In this document: piece after piece, positions 8,950 through 17,886 of the stretch
Position numbering within the stretch: position 1 is the first letter of the stretch
Layout: each line of letters begins with the position of its first letter
Notes under the pieces: model-generated
The model's input: only the letters and a program-made list of their open reading frames with translations
Database searches by the model: none
Told to the model about the DNA's origin: nothing
Made by a program: the position numbers and the translations under genes
Source of the DNA: a virus
Reading direction: 5' to 3' (one strand)
Length of the DNA stretch: 64,000 nt
Virus record (IMG/VR): IMGVR_UViG_3300046804_002503
Coordinates: 61,678 to 125,677 of that record

Positions 8950-9684
8950 CTATAAAGAGGCATCTGTCAACTCTGTTTGAGAAACTATTTCCTGAATTTT
9001 ATTAGTAATATCTTCAGACATTTTTTCTATTTCCATTAAATCTGCAGCACCACTTTGTAAAAGAGTTTCGATTTTTTTATAATCTGTTGTGACATCAGCT
9101 ATCATATCAGAAACTGTAGTATCTAAATCTTTTTTTGGAGTCAATATTGCTTTGTAGGCCAAATTTAATAATGCTACACTTCCGTAATCTTTGATTTCGT
9201 CTGTAGTAAATTCTTCTTCATCCTTAATGTTTTTGGGTGGGTTACTCTTTCTTATGAGGGCATATATGAGCTTTAATATTTCTGCATTATCAGAAGAAGA
9301 ATTTGGATTCAACATTTGTAATCGGTTACGCATTTTCCGAGCTTCGGGATATTTTTCTAAAATACTATCTATATCTGTGTAAAGACAAGCTACAGATATT
9401 TTTATTAATTTAACATTAGTTATTAAATCTTCTTTTGGTAATTCTGTTTTTTTATTCGCACTGGATGAAGAATCTGGAGTTGGAGAAGGAGGAGGAGGAG
9501 GAGCTAGATTTGGCTCTAAAGACTGCTGGGGTGGTCCAGAAGGTGCCGGAGCTGGAACCTGAGGAGCCTCTTGTTCTAATAAGAAATCTGACAAAACTGT
9601 ATCAAATTTTGTTGTATACGGAAATTCTTTGCTGTAAATTTTGTTATATTTTTCTAAAATAGAATTAAAAGAAGAGGGTTTCAT
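8950..9684 (-). CDS. Proline-rich hypothetical protein (possible virion protein)
   Basis: LLEQE followed by poly-Pro linker; TAAATA upstream. Confidence 0.55.
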   Translation of the reverse strand: MKPSSFNSILEKYNKIYSKEFPYTTKFDTVLSDFLLEQEAPQVPAPAPSGPPQQSLEPNLAPPPPPSPTPDSSSSANKKTELPKEDLITNVKLIKISVACLYTDIDSILEKYPEARKMRNRLQMLNPNSSSDNAEILKLIYALIRKSNPPKNIKDEEEFTTDEIKDYGSVALLNLAYKAILTPKKDLDTTVSDMIADVTTDYKKIETLLQSGAADLMEIEKMSEDITNKIQEIVSQTELTDASL

Positions 9685-9707
9685 ACTGAGTAATTATATT
9701 TACGTGT

Positions 9708-10190
9708 ATGAAAAGTCTAATAGAGCAATTATATACACCTAAGGCTGTATCTTTAATAAGAGATCTATACAAAGAAGATCCTAATGCTAGAGAATCTTTC
9801 TATGAAGCATTTGGGAATAAAATTTTAGAAAAACAATCAGAATTTTTGTCTCAAAAACCTTTAGACATATTAATGTTAATATGTGCCACTGCCAAATTTG
9901 CCTCTAACCTACATGAATCTCAAAATGTAGCTGTAATAATTCATCGAAGAATAGTAGAACCCAATCCTCTACCTTATATTTTAGATGATAGGGGTTTAGA
10001 ACTAGCAGAGAAAACCTTTGTGTCTTTAGCTTTTTTCTACCCAGCTATGGAAAAAAGGTGGAAAAAGGGGGGTCCACATCCAGATTTTTACAAACAATAT
10101 TCCAAAAGATTGTTTGAAACAAATAATTTAGAAGATTTGGCTCACCATTATGAAAAATGGTTAAATTTTTTAACTGAAATATTTGTATAA
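9708..10190 (+). CDS. Hypothetical protein
   Basis: 160-aa ORF filling the gap; TATATT 7 nt upstream of ATG. Confidence 0.55.
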   Translation: MKSLIEQLYTPKAVSLIRDLYKEDPNARESFYEAFGNKILEKQSEFLSQKPLDILMLICATAKFASNLHESQNVAVIIHRRIVEPNPLPYILDDRGLELAEKTFVSLAFFYPAMEKRWKKGGPHPDFYKQYSKRLFETNNLEDLAHHYEKWLNFLTEIFV

Positions 10191-10191
10191 A

Positions 10192-11556
10192 TTAACCTGT
10201 AATTTCTTTAATTACGTTTCCATAAACATCTGTGAGGCGAAAGGGTCTGCCGTTGTATGAATATGTGAGCTTAGTGTGATCAAATCCCATTAATTGGAGA
10301 ATGGTAGCATGTAAATCATGAACATGTACCTTATCTTTTTCAGCCTTGCCACCAGTTTCATCTGTTTCACCATATCTTTGACCACCTTTAACTCCACCAC
10401 CAGCCATCCAGACACTAAATGCTTTGCCATTGTGGTCTCTTCCCGGAGCACCTGCTGAACCTCCTGCTGTAACCGTACGACCAAATTCTCCACCCCAAAC
10501 AATTAACGTAGAGTCTAACAAGCCTCTTTGCTTGAGATCTGTAATAAGAGCCGCAATGGCTTGATCATGGGTCTTAGTAGTCCTGGGCATTGCTTCTTTA
10601 ATATTTTCGTGGTGATCATAACCACCAATGTTTACCTGAACAAAGCGCACTCCTCGCTCTACTAACCGTCTAGCAATTAACAAACGTGCTCCGTTTGGAT
10701 TGACGCCGTACATTTCTTTAATGTTTTCCGGTTCTTTGGTTAAATCAAAAACATCTGTTGCTTCTGTTTGCATTTTAAATGCAGTTTCAAACGCTTCTAT
10801 GCGTGCCTCAAATTGAGCATCACGCTGAACATTTTGCATGTGAATTTCGTTTATGGTCTTAGAAAAGTCTAATTGACGACGTTGACGGTCTAAGCCGGAA
10901 AATTGGCTTCTAATATTGTTAATTAATTGATCAGCCGTGGCTCCTGGGCGATAATCTACATTGCTGCCTTGGAACATGCCTGGTAAAAATGCACTTTGTC
11001 TCGATACCGAGGAGCCATTTAAGCTAATAAAACCAGGCATGTTTTGATTTACGGTTCCCAGACCATACACAATCCAACTACCTAAGCTAGGTTTAGGCAA
11101 TTGAGCACTTCCCGTGTGCATTACTTTAGCAGCAATGCCGTGATCAGGAATTTCTGCAAACATAGAATTAATAATTGCCATATGATCTGCATGTTTGCTT
11201 AATTCAGACCACACTTCTGAGATTTCTATTCCTGATTTACCACTTTTATTAAATTGAAATGGAGATGCTAGTAGTTCCCCGTGTTCCATTTTCTTGCCAT
11301 TATTTTTCTGAAGTTCTGGTTTATAGTCAAACGTATCAACACTAGAAGGTGCTCCACCTGCAAATAGATGAATGATAGACTTAGCTTTAACTGGAAAATG
11401 AGACTGTTTGGGAAGGGTAGGAGAAATAGCTTCTGCTGTATGGGGATTTATTCCATACAGAGAGGCCAATGCTAATCCTCCTATACCGCTTCCAAAGCTA
11501 GTTAAAAATTCTCTTCGAGTTGTTGGTTCAGAGGGGTGGTATCCACAATCTTTCAT
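10192..11556 (-). CDS. DUF1501 family protein with twin-arginine signal
   Basis: TRREFL Tat motif; AKSIIHLF..GAPS..DTFDYKP; ARRLVERGVRFVQ; LITDLKQRGLLDSTL..WGGEFGRT; GRDH; HDLHATIL..G.DH..LT. Confidence 0.92.
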   Translation of the reverse strand: MKDCGYHPSEPTTRREFLTSFGSGIGGLALASLYGINPHTAEAISPTLPKQSHFPVKAKSIIHLFAGGAPSSVDTFDYKPELQKNNGKKMEHGELLASPFQFNKSGKSGIEISEVWSELSKHADHMAIINSMFAEIPDHGIAAKVMHTGSAQLPKPSLGSWIVYGLGTVNQNMPGFISLNGSSVSRQSAFLPGMFQGSNVDYRPGATADQLINNIRSQFSGLDRQRRQLDFSKTINEIHMQNVQRDAQFEARIEAFETAFKMQTEATDVFDLTKEPENIKEMYGVNPNGARLLIARRLVERGVRFVQVNIGGYDHHENIKEAMPRTTKTHDQAIAALITDLKQRGLLDSTLIVWGGEFGRTVTAGGSAGAPGRDHNGKAFSVWMAGGGVKGGQRYGETDETGGKAEKDKVHVHDLHATILQLMGFDHTKLTYSYNGRPFRLTDVYGNVIKEITG

Positions 11557-11566
11557 AATATGTTGT

Positions 11567-11574
11567 TATTTATA
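11567..11574 (-). promoter_or_regulatory. T4-type late promoter TATAAATA upstream of DUF1501 gene
   Basis: Exact TATAAATA on the minus strand, 10 nt before ATG; a gp55 sigma is encoded in the window. Confidence 0.55.
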
Positions 11575-11596
11575 ATTAAATTTGTATAATAATTCA

Positions 11597-11761
11597 ATGA
11601 AGAATTTTTGGTACATTTGGTCTAAAGCTTTAGGTGAAAAGGCAAGTAATAGTGACAGTGTTTCAGATAAAGTTGCTATTATAAGAACTGCTATTGTTTT
11701 GGTTTATGTAATAACAAACTTTTTTATTGTGGCAGGAATTATTCGACACTGGAATCATTGA
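11597..11761 (+). CDS. Small membrane protein (54 aa), not in the ORF track
   Basis: Translates as MKNFWYIWSKALGEKASNSDSVSDKVAIIRTAIVLVYVITNFFIVAGIIRHWNH; resembles a small protein of T4-like cyanophages (W.KALGEK...NxFIVAG.IRHW); TTGTTA-16-TATAAT-6-ATG upstream. Confidence 0.75.
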   Translation: MKNFWYIWSKALGEKASNSDSVSDKVAIIRTAIVLVYVITNFFIVAGIIRHWNH

Positions 11762-11762
11762 A

Positions 11763-12356
11763 TCAATCTAAGATCAAAGCTTCAAACTCTTCAGGTGTTT
11801 TAAGGTTTAATACTTCTTTTCTATTATTGTTCAGAAAACTATACGACAAAACACTGTCTTCTAGATTACAAGAAAAGGTGGATTTCTTTTTTTGAATTAC
11901 TCCACATCCGTGATCAACATTTACTACAAATCCTTCATAATCTTTTTGATTTTTGCGAAATTTGTACACACTTTTCCACACTGTACCACACCAATGTGGA
12001 TCTTCTAATGCTTCGGTGTCTGGGCTGCAATCGTGTAAAACTATTGTTCCGTTTTCAGATAAATGTTTAATACAATTAGCCAAATCTCTATCTACTTGTT
12101 CTTCTGTATGAAGGCCATCTATAAAAATAATATCATATTTAACATCAGAACTTAAAGAAGAAAAAAACTCATCTGAGGTTAGTTGATATCCTTTATCTGG
12201 TGGGTTATAAGAACAAGAGCTGACTCCTGGATCTACTCCAGTTTTTTCAGTACAATTTACAGCATTAAAGCAATCTTTGTTAAATATTCCTATTTCTAAA
12301 TAACTAGTATATTTGTATTTATTTATAAGGTCTTGAATAATAGTTATTCTATTCAT
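11763..12356 (-). CDS. Class I SAM-dependent methyltransferase (Methyltransf_24-like)
   Basis: YLEIG, GVDP, TSDEFF, DIIFIDGLH, IVLHDC, WCGTVWK, DHGCG. Confidence 0.8.
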   Translation of the reverse strand: MNRITIIQDLINKYKYTSYLEIGIFNKDCFNAVNCTEKTGVDPGVSSCSYNPPDKGYQLTSDEFFSSLSSDVKYDIIFIDGLHTEEQVDRDLANCIKHLSENGTIVLHDCSPDTEALEDPHWCGTVWKSVYKFRKNQKDYEGFVVNVDHGCGVIQKKKSTFSCNLEDSVLSYSFLNNNRKEVLNLKTPEEFEALILD

Positions 12357-12369
12357 GATTTGAGTTAAA

Positions 12370-13641
12370 TTAAGCCAAAAGATCTGTTATAACCTTTCCG
12401 TCTTTAACTATAGCAGAGGGACGCCCACCAGGAGCCATCAAATGTTTATCTGGATCTATGCCTAATTGGGTATACATAGTTGCTGCAAGGTTTTCTACAG
12501 AAACTGGATTCTCTTCTACATCTGCTCCGGTAGCATCTGAAGAACCGTAAATCAATCCTTTCTTAAATCCTCCACCTGCAAATGCTACAGAGAACACTCT
12601 GGGCCAGTGATCGCGGCCTGCATCTTTGTTAATCTTAGGTGTCCTGCCAAACTCAGAGCTAACCATTACAAGAGTAGAATCTAACATTCCTCTTTGCTCT
12701 AAGTCTGTAATCAAAGCTGCATATGCTTGATCAAAAAATGGAAGTTGTTTACTAATTCCGCCAGCGATATTAGTATGCATATCCCAACCTCCATAAGTTA
12801 CGGACACAAATCGTACTCCGGCTTCTACTAATCTGCGGGCCATGAGTAAACGTTGACCAGCTTGGTTCAAGCCGTAAGAATTTTTCATTTTATCGGATTC
12901 TTTTTGCAAATCAAAAGCTTCTCTAGCATGGGGTGAAGAAATCATAGCATAAGCTTTTTGATAAAATTCATCCATAGCAGCTACATTATCATTAGCTTCC
13001 ATGTACTTAAAGTGGCTATCTACTGTATCTAGAATACTTCTTCTTTTTTCAAAGCGAGCTGTATCTATTCCTTCTGGTAAATTTAAATCTCTTACCTTGA
13101 ATTTTTCAGATGCTGGATCAGATCCTAAACTAAAAGGTCCGTAAGCTTTGCTGAGATATCCAGTGTCTGCTGGATCTGAAAGTTTTTGTGGCACACAAAC
13201 ATAAGCCGGCAAACTATTTCTATCTTTAAGTTCATGAGCTACAACTGAACCAAACGAAGGATACTCCAAAGCTGGTGAAGGACGGTATCCTGTAAACATA
13301 GATATAGTACCTCTTTCGTGTGCAGCTTCACCATGAGTCATGGAGCGAACAACGGTTAATTTGTCTGCAATCTTGGCTGTATGTTTAAAATACTCGGAAA
13401 AATGTACTCCAGGAATAGCAGTTTTAACCGTTCCAAGTGGACCCCTATACTCAATAGGAGCATTGGGATGGGGGTCCCAGGTTTCTTGGGCTGCAGCACC
13501 GCCGGGTAAAAAGATATGAATTACCGATTGAGCCTTTGCAGACAAATTTTGGGGGGATTGAGCTTGAAGTTTGAAGTATTCACCCATGGTTAAACCTAAA
13601 CCACCTACAAGCCCACTGTAAATGAAGTCTCGTCTGTTCAT
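12370..13641 (-). CDS. DUF1501 family protein with twin-arginine signal (second subfamily)
   Basis: MNRRDF; VIHIFLPGG..QETWDP; ARRLVEAGVRFV; WDMH; EFGRTPKIN..GRDHWP; AGGG. Confidence 0.92.
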   Translation of the reverse strand: MNRRDFIYSGLVGGLGLTMGEYFKLQAQSPQNLSAKAQSVIHIFLPGGAAAQETWDPHPNAPIEYRGPLGTVKTAIPGVHFSEYFKHTAKIADKLTVVRSMTHGEAAHERGTISMFTGYRPSPALEYPSFGSVVAHELKDRNSLPAYVCVPQKLSDPADTGYLSKAYGPFSLGSDPASEKFKVRDLNLPEGIDTARFEKRRSILDTVDSHFKYMEANDNVAAMDEFYQKAYAMISSPHAREAFDLQKESDKMKNSYGLNQAGQRLLMARRLVEAGVRFVSVTYGGWDMHTNIAGGISKQLPFFDQAYAALITDLEQRGMLDSTLVMVSSEFGRTPKINKDAGRDHWPRVFSVAFAGGGFKKGLIYGSSDATGADVEENPVSVENLAATMYTQLGIDPDKHLMAPGGRPSAIVKDGKVITDLLA

Positions 13642-13645
13642 ATAG

Positions 13646-13930
13646 TTATTTATCGTTTACTTGTAGCAAATAATTAGAACCTACTTCTAACATATTTTTA
13701 AAATATTTCATTACATCCTTGGTAAATTCTATTTGAGCATTGTCTGGAACATGAGAAGTGTATCTTTCATATACTAGATACATCATAGCTGCTACTGTGG
13801 TTGCGTCAAATTCGTGATTTTCTACATCTCTAAAACAAGGTAACCAGACTTCTCCGTCTTGCATTTTAATCAAACCTAATTTACCAACTATTTTTAGACT
13901 TTCTGCGTCTAAATCTTTTTCATTGCTCAT
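13646..13930 (-). CDS. Hypothetical protein
   Basis: Likely start MSNEKD (13930), overlapping the upstream stop. Confidence 0.5.
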   Translation of the reverse strand: MSNEKDLDAESLKIVGKLGLIKMQDGEVWLPCFRDVENHEFDATTVAAMMYLVYERYTSHVPDNAQIEFTKDVMKYFKNMLEVGSNYLLQVNDK

Positions 13931-14744
13931 AATTAAAAAAATCAAAATACCACTTAAAATTATTATAGATAGTATTAGACAAAGATTCACCTAAAATTTC
14001 ATTGTAATAATTAGCAATTGGTAAAACTTCTTTTTTTATAGTGTGTAAATTTCTTATACCAAAAACTTCATCATCTTCAAACGTAATTTGATCTACTAAA
14101 GAAAAATTGTGCTCAAAATTTTCTATCTTTAAAAAATTATAGATATTTTTTAATGTATTTTTAGGATTAGATGTTAAATCCTCAAATTTAATAAACAAAA
14201 TTTTATCTCTAAAGGGTTGATTTATTATGTCAAATATTCGATTAATAGACAATCCAATAGGAGGTTTAGAAAGGTTTTGCTCTACTCTTTTTATTGTAGT
14301 AGTACCTTTTAATTCTAAGTAATTTTTGTTATCTGGATTAAGAATAGAATTTTCTCTTTCTATTTTTTCCATAGAAGCTAGTATGCTTCTTAAATCTCTT
14401 ACCAAACAAATTATCTTCGGATTGGGATAAAATGAATTTAAAAAATTGTAATTTATAGCCCAGCCTCTACTTTTATCTATTACATATTTTTTATTTGTAA
14501 TGGCTCTAAAATAACCTTCTAGACCAGCTTTGCAGAAATTTTTAAATGCTGTAGAGACTGTATTAAAATCTTGGGCTTTAAATTCTATAGACTTAGAAAA
14601 ATTAAGTTGAGCACCGTACAATAATTCTAAAACTCCACTAGTAGGTGTTACATAAAAATTAGGATTTTGACCTAAAATATTTTGCAACAAAGTACTTCCA
14701 GATCGTGGAAGAGAAGAATTAAAGAATATGGTTGGTGTTGTCAT
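13920..14744 (-). CDS. Sulfotransferase family protein
   Basis: 5'-PSB loop SLPRSGSTLL, DKSRGW, 3'-PB motif KIICLVRDLRSILAS, FEDL..P. Confidence 0.85.
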   Translation of the reverse strand: MTTPTIFFNSSLPRSGSTLLQNILGQNPNFYVTPTSGVLELLYGAQLNFSKSIEFKAQDFNTVSTAFKNFCKAGLEGYFRAITNKKYVIDKSRGWAINYNFLNSFYPNPKIICLVRDLRSILASMEKIERENSILNPDNKNYLELKGTTTIKRVEQNLSKPPIGLSINRIFDIINQPFRDKILFIKFEDLTSNPKNTLKNIYNFLKIENFEHNFSLVDQITFEDDEVFGIRNLHTIKKEVLPIANYYNEILGESLSNTIYNNFKWYFDFFNYEQ

Positions 14745-15432
14745 CTAAAGGTATAAATTCACAATAAGCAAACCTTCTGTCTGATGAAATCACCGGATAA
14801 AAATAATCATTTTTTAATTTAACTATAGACCTATAATGTTTAACATGAAAAATATCATCCATTAACAAAACTTTTGTTTTAAGTTTTTCTGGATCTAATT
14901 TCATAAACTGTAGAAACTCTAAATATCCTACACCCCCAGCAGAATCTAAAAATATTAACTGTCGAGTATGATTGTTTATTAAGTCCCACAGTTTATTTTC
15001 TTCTGGAGGTAATCCATCATCAAAACCGCAAATCTCTTGTAAATAAAAAGATTTGGCATTTTCCCCGCCGTCAACATTTATTTTCTTGGTAAAAACTAAT
15101 TCAGACTTATAAACAGAATCTTCTTCTATAAATTTACGCATTTCATTTATAGGCAAAGACGAAGCATGTAATACCTTTACATTAGAATAATTTTTTAAAT
15201 TATTTGATGCTACTTGATAATGTGATTTACAACTTTCTAAAGAAATTACATTTAAACCAGTTTCTGCAAAAACCTTAGTAGAACCCAAGCCATTAAAGGC
15301 TCCGGTTTCAATGATCTCTATTAGAGAATGTTTTTTAATCAAAAGATTAACGGTATCTACAAATAAAGAACTTTTTAAATTTATATATTCTGGTTGGTTT
15401 AGTAAATCTGACATATTAAATCGGTTTATCAA
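14719..15432 (-). CDS. SAM-dependent methyltransferase-like protein
   Basis: IIETGAFNGLGST motif I, LDSAG, LMDD..HVKH. Confidence 0.6.
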   Translation of the reverse strand: MINRFNMSDLLNQPEYINLKSSLFVDTVNLLIKKHSLIEIIETGAFNGLGSTKVFAETGLNVISLESCKSHYQVASNNLKNYSNVKVLHASSLPINEMRKFIEEDSVYKSELVFTKKINVDGGENAKSFYLQEICGFDDGLPPEENKLWDLINNHTRQLIFLDSAGGVGYLEFLQFMKLDPEKLKTKVLLMDDIFHVKHYRSIVKLKNDYFYPVISSDRRFAYCEFIPLDDNTNHIL

Positions 15433-16327
15433 AATTAATTTCTTCTTGATTGATGTAATCTAAGAAGGGTTTTTTGTCAAAAATGTTATCTATATCATCA
15501 TATGGACATTCATACATCCTTCTACCCACCCAATCTCCTTCTTCTAGATAACTATCAATGTTGTGTCTGAAAGCTTTTTGTTGTGAAGGCAAAATGTTAG
15601 TATGTAAATTATGACCAAACACTTTTGGAGAATTGTAAATCCAACCAACAGCTGCCGGTCTGTCTAAAGCTGCTGCAATGTGTTGAACTAAAGAATCTAT
15701 CAAGATTAATTTGTCTGCTAAGTACACATAACAAAATAAATTTCTTAAATTGTCTGTAACTTGAATGGTATTTTGAAGAGCTGGCTGATCGTCTCTTCTA
15801 AAATGTAAAATCTTTTCAAATTTACCCTTACATTCATCTACCAAAAGCTGAGCAAAAGCAGGTGGAAGATCTCTAGCCCAAGAATATTGTGTTTCTTGCC
15901 CTTGGGCTCCTCCAAATGGCTGCATAATTAACATTTTACCTTGTTTATTAATAGTTTTTGCAGCATGAAAAAGTTCTCTTTGTGTGAGGTGCAATTTTGG
16001 TTTAGTAGTAACACATGGAATATTAAAAAGTTCACACCAAACCTCTACTAAATGTTTTTTATTATTAATAAAATCACCGTGATGGTAGGGTTCTGTGCGT
16101 AAAATGATAGAATCCTTGTTTTTTACGTAATCATCATAAAAATAAGCAAAGTTACCCATTTTATAAACTCTATGAACTAGTGGATTATGCAGAAAGGGTT
16201 CAGCCCAAGCTGATACGACTACTAGTTTATGTTTTGGGTAGGCTGCTTTGATAGATTCACACATAGCCGTAGCCATGACACTTTTACCAGCTCCACCATC
16301 TATATGAAAGATAACGTATTTGTCCAT
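15416..16327 (-). CDS. GT-B glycosyltransferase (GT9/heptosyltransferase-like)
   Basis: GGAGK..MATA, F.HNP.V, QPFGG, IDSLVQHIAAAL, VFG. Confidence 0.7.
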   Translation of the reverse strand: MDKYVIFHIDGGAGKSVMATAMCESIKAAYPKHKLVVVSAWAEPFLHNPLVHRVYKMGNFAYFYDDYVKNKDSIILRTEPYHHGDFINNKKHLVEVWCELFNIPCVTTKPKLHLTQRELFHAAKTINKQGKMLIMQPFGGAQGQETQYSWARDLPPAFAQLLVDECKGKFEKILHFRRDDQPALQNTIQVTDNLRNLFCYVYLADKLILIDSLVQHIAAALDRPAAVGWIYNSPKVFGHNLHTNILPSQQKAFRHNIDSYLEEGDWVGRRMYECPYDDIDNIFDKKPFLDYINQEEINFDKPI

Positions 16328-16329
16328 GT

Positions 16330-16794
16330 TTACTTTAATTTAGTTAAAAATTCTATTTCTTCACCTGTAGGATCTCCGCAATTTAAACCTTTATAAATTT
16401 TGTTAGAAGGTTTAAAATTTAAATTATTTGAATTTAATTTTTTAAAATAATTTTTAAATAATTTTTTACAAATTTTAGAAATTACTTCTGATACAAAATT
16501 ATTTTCTTCAAAATATTCTGAAAGTTTTTTAAATTCTGAAAAATCTTTATATACTGTAAGAATTTTTAAATTTAATTCTTTATATACAATTTTAATTTCT
16601 AAAATAATGTCTAGAATTTCTTTTTCAACAAAAAATTTAAAAAATTTTTCTTTTCCGGTGATCTTTTTGTTTAAAAGATTCCAATCAGATAATCTATCTA
16701 TTACTCGAGTTAATAGAGTATCTAGATATAGGTGTAGTGGTAGAACTATAATTCTTTGTTCTAAGTAAACCACTAAACTTTCTTTAATTCTCAT
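16330..16794 (-). CDS. Hypothetical protein
   Basis: 154-aa ORF. Confidence 0.45.
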   Translation of the reverse strand: MRIKESLVVYLEQRIIVLPLHLYLDTLLTRVIDRLSDWNLLNKKITGKEKFFKFFVEKEILDIILEIKIVYKELNLKILTVYKDFSEFKKLSEYFEENNFVSEVISKICKKLFKNYFKKLNSNNLNFKPSNKIYKGLNCGDPTGEEIEFLTKLK

Positions 16795-16817
16795 TATATT
16801 TAGAGAATCTGTCAGTT

Positions 16818-17240
16818 TTAAAAATTGTCAACGGTAAAATTTTTAGGGGGTCTACCAATTCTTACGTTGATTATACCATTGTAATATTCCAGCTTGAATA
16901 AAACATCCCTTAAAATTTGTTCTTTTATTTCAAAATAAGCTAATTCCCATTTACTACCACAAGTTTTAATAATGGTAAAAGTAAAATGTTCTTTACCCAG
17001 CCGTAAAATGTCTTCGTTGACTTTATCAGAAGAACTAGTATAAAATTTCCAATCAGATTCTTTGAAGTCTATCCTGTTGCGTTTTTTACCTTTTAAAGGT
17101 TTGCGTTTAACTTTAGAAAAACATTGTTTTTTGCCTATATAATATTTGTTTTCCTTAATGTTATGTATTTCATATATAAACCCAAAGGTATCTTCAGTTA
17201 ATACTACTCCTTCTTTGAGTTGCCAGTGGCCGGTTTCCAT
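16818..17240 (-). CDS. GIY-YIG family endonuclease
   Basis: FGFIYEI...YYIGKK, ESDWK.Y.SS, E...Q, YYNG.I. Confidence 0.8.
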   Translation of the reverse strand: METGHWQLKEGVVLTEDTFGFIYEIHNIKENKYYIGKKQCFSKVKRKPLKGKKRNRIDFKESDWKFYTSSSDKVNEDILRLGKEHFTFTIIKTCGSKWELAYFEIKEQILRDVLFKLEYYNGIINVRIGRPPKNFTVDNF

Positions 17241-17470
17241 ATTGTTTCAGGGAATGTTCTCCTAATTATGGGTGTTTTTTTCTTTTTCACCTTTTTCTTT
17301 CCTTTCTTAACCACATCTTTACCAGCTATAGCCATAGTTTTATAGGTACTTTCTTGCCCAAAAGCTTCCGGGTTGCCATATACATTAGCTACACCAAATA
17401 CTCCACCAGCTCCGGCGGTGTTCATATTTTCTAATACTTGCTCTATTAAAAGTTGAAAAAAGTTAGACAT
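17204..17470 (-). CDS. Small basic hypothetical protein
   Basis: N-terminal F..LIEQVLE, Gly-rich stretch, then Lys-rich KKGKKKVKKKK..IIRR. Confidence 0.5.
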   Translation of the reverse strand: MSNFFQLLIEQVLENMNTAGAGGVFGVANVYGNPEAFGQESTYKTMAIAGKDVVKKGKKKVKKKKTPIIRRTFPETIWKPATGNSKKE

Positions 17471-17493
17471 ATAGGATTATTATTAAAATATTT

Positions 17494-17886
17494 ATGTTGG
17501 ACTTAAATCGTTTAAGTGAAGAATTAAAAGAGGATACCAGAATAGATGAATTAAATCTTCTTCAAAAACAATTAATGTTGCCTGGTATTAAACATAAATG
17601 GGTTGCTCGTTTAATTACTGAAAAGAGACATTTAAATTCTTTAATAAGAAAGAAGAAAGTAGCTAAAGCAGCTGTATTATCTTCTTTAAATGATATTCCA
17701 CCTGGCATTCCTAAAGCTTCTTTAGAAAAGAAAATTGATGCCTCAGATACTATACAAAAAATAGATCAAGAAATTGAAGATACTCAAACTATAATTGAGT
17801 ATCTAGAAAAAGTAGAACAAATTTTTCGTTCTATGACCTATGATATTAAAAATATTATAGATATTAATCGTCTGGAGACGACATAA
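17494..17886 (+). CDS. uvsY: Recombination mediator UvsY-like
   Basis: ELKED..IDE.NL......P..KHKW; YLEKV......YDIKNII; directly upstream of uvsW as in T4. Confidence 0.75.
   Translation: MLDLNRLSEELKEDTRIDELNLLQKQLMLPGIKHKWVARLITEKRHLNSLIRKKKVAKAAVLSSLNDIPPGIPKASLEKKIDASDTIQKIDQEIEDTQTIIEYLEKVEQIFRSMTYDIKNIIDINRLETT

Noticed and set aside
9470-9570. GGA-rich repeat tract
   Set aside because: Explained by poly-proline codons on the minus strand
13931-13990. Apparent hydrophobic signal peptide on ORF 13646-13990
   Set aside because: It overlaps the sulfotransferase 3' end; probably an artefact of choosing an upstream start
10192-16327. Bacterial host contamination or prophage boundary
   Set aside because: The genes are tightly packed among phage-type ORFs and share the same promoter motifs; no att site or integrase seen (read mapping still advisable)
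16818-17240. GIY-YIG protein as a mobile homing endonuclease or intron
   Set aside because: Short free-standing catalytic domain with no DNA-binding tail, and no interrupted gene nearby
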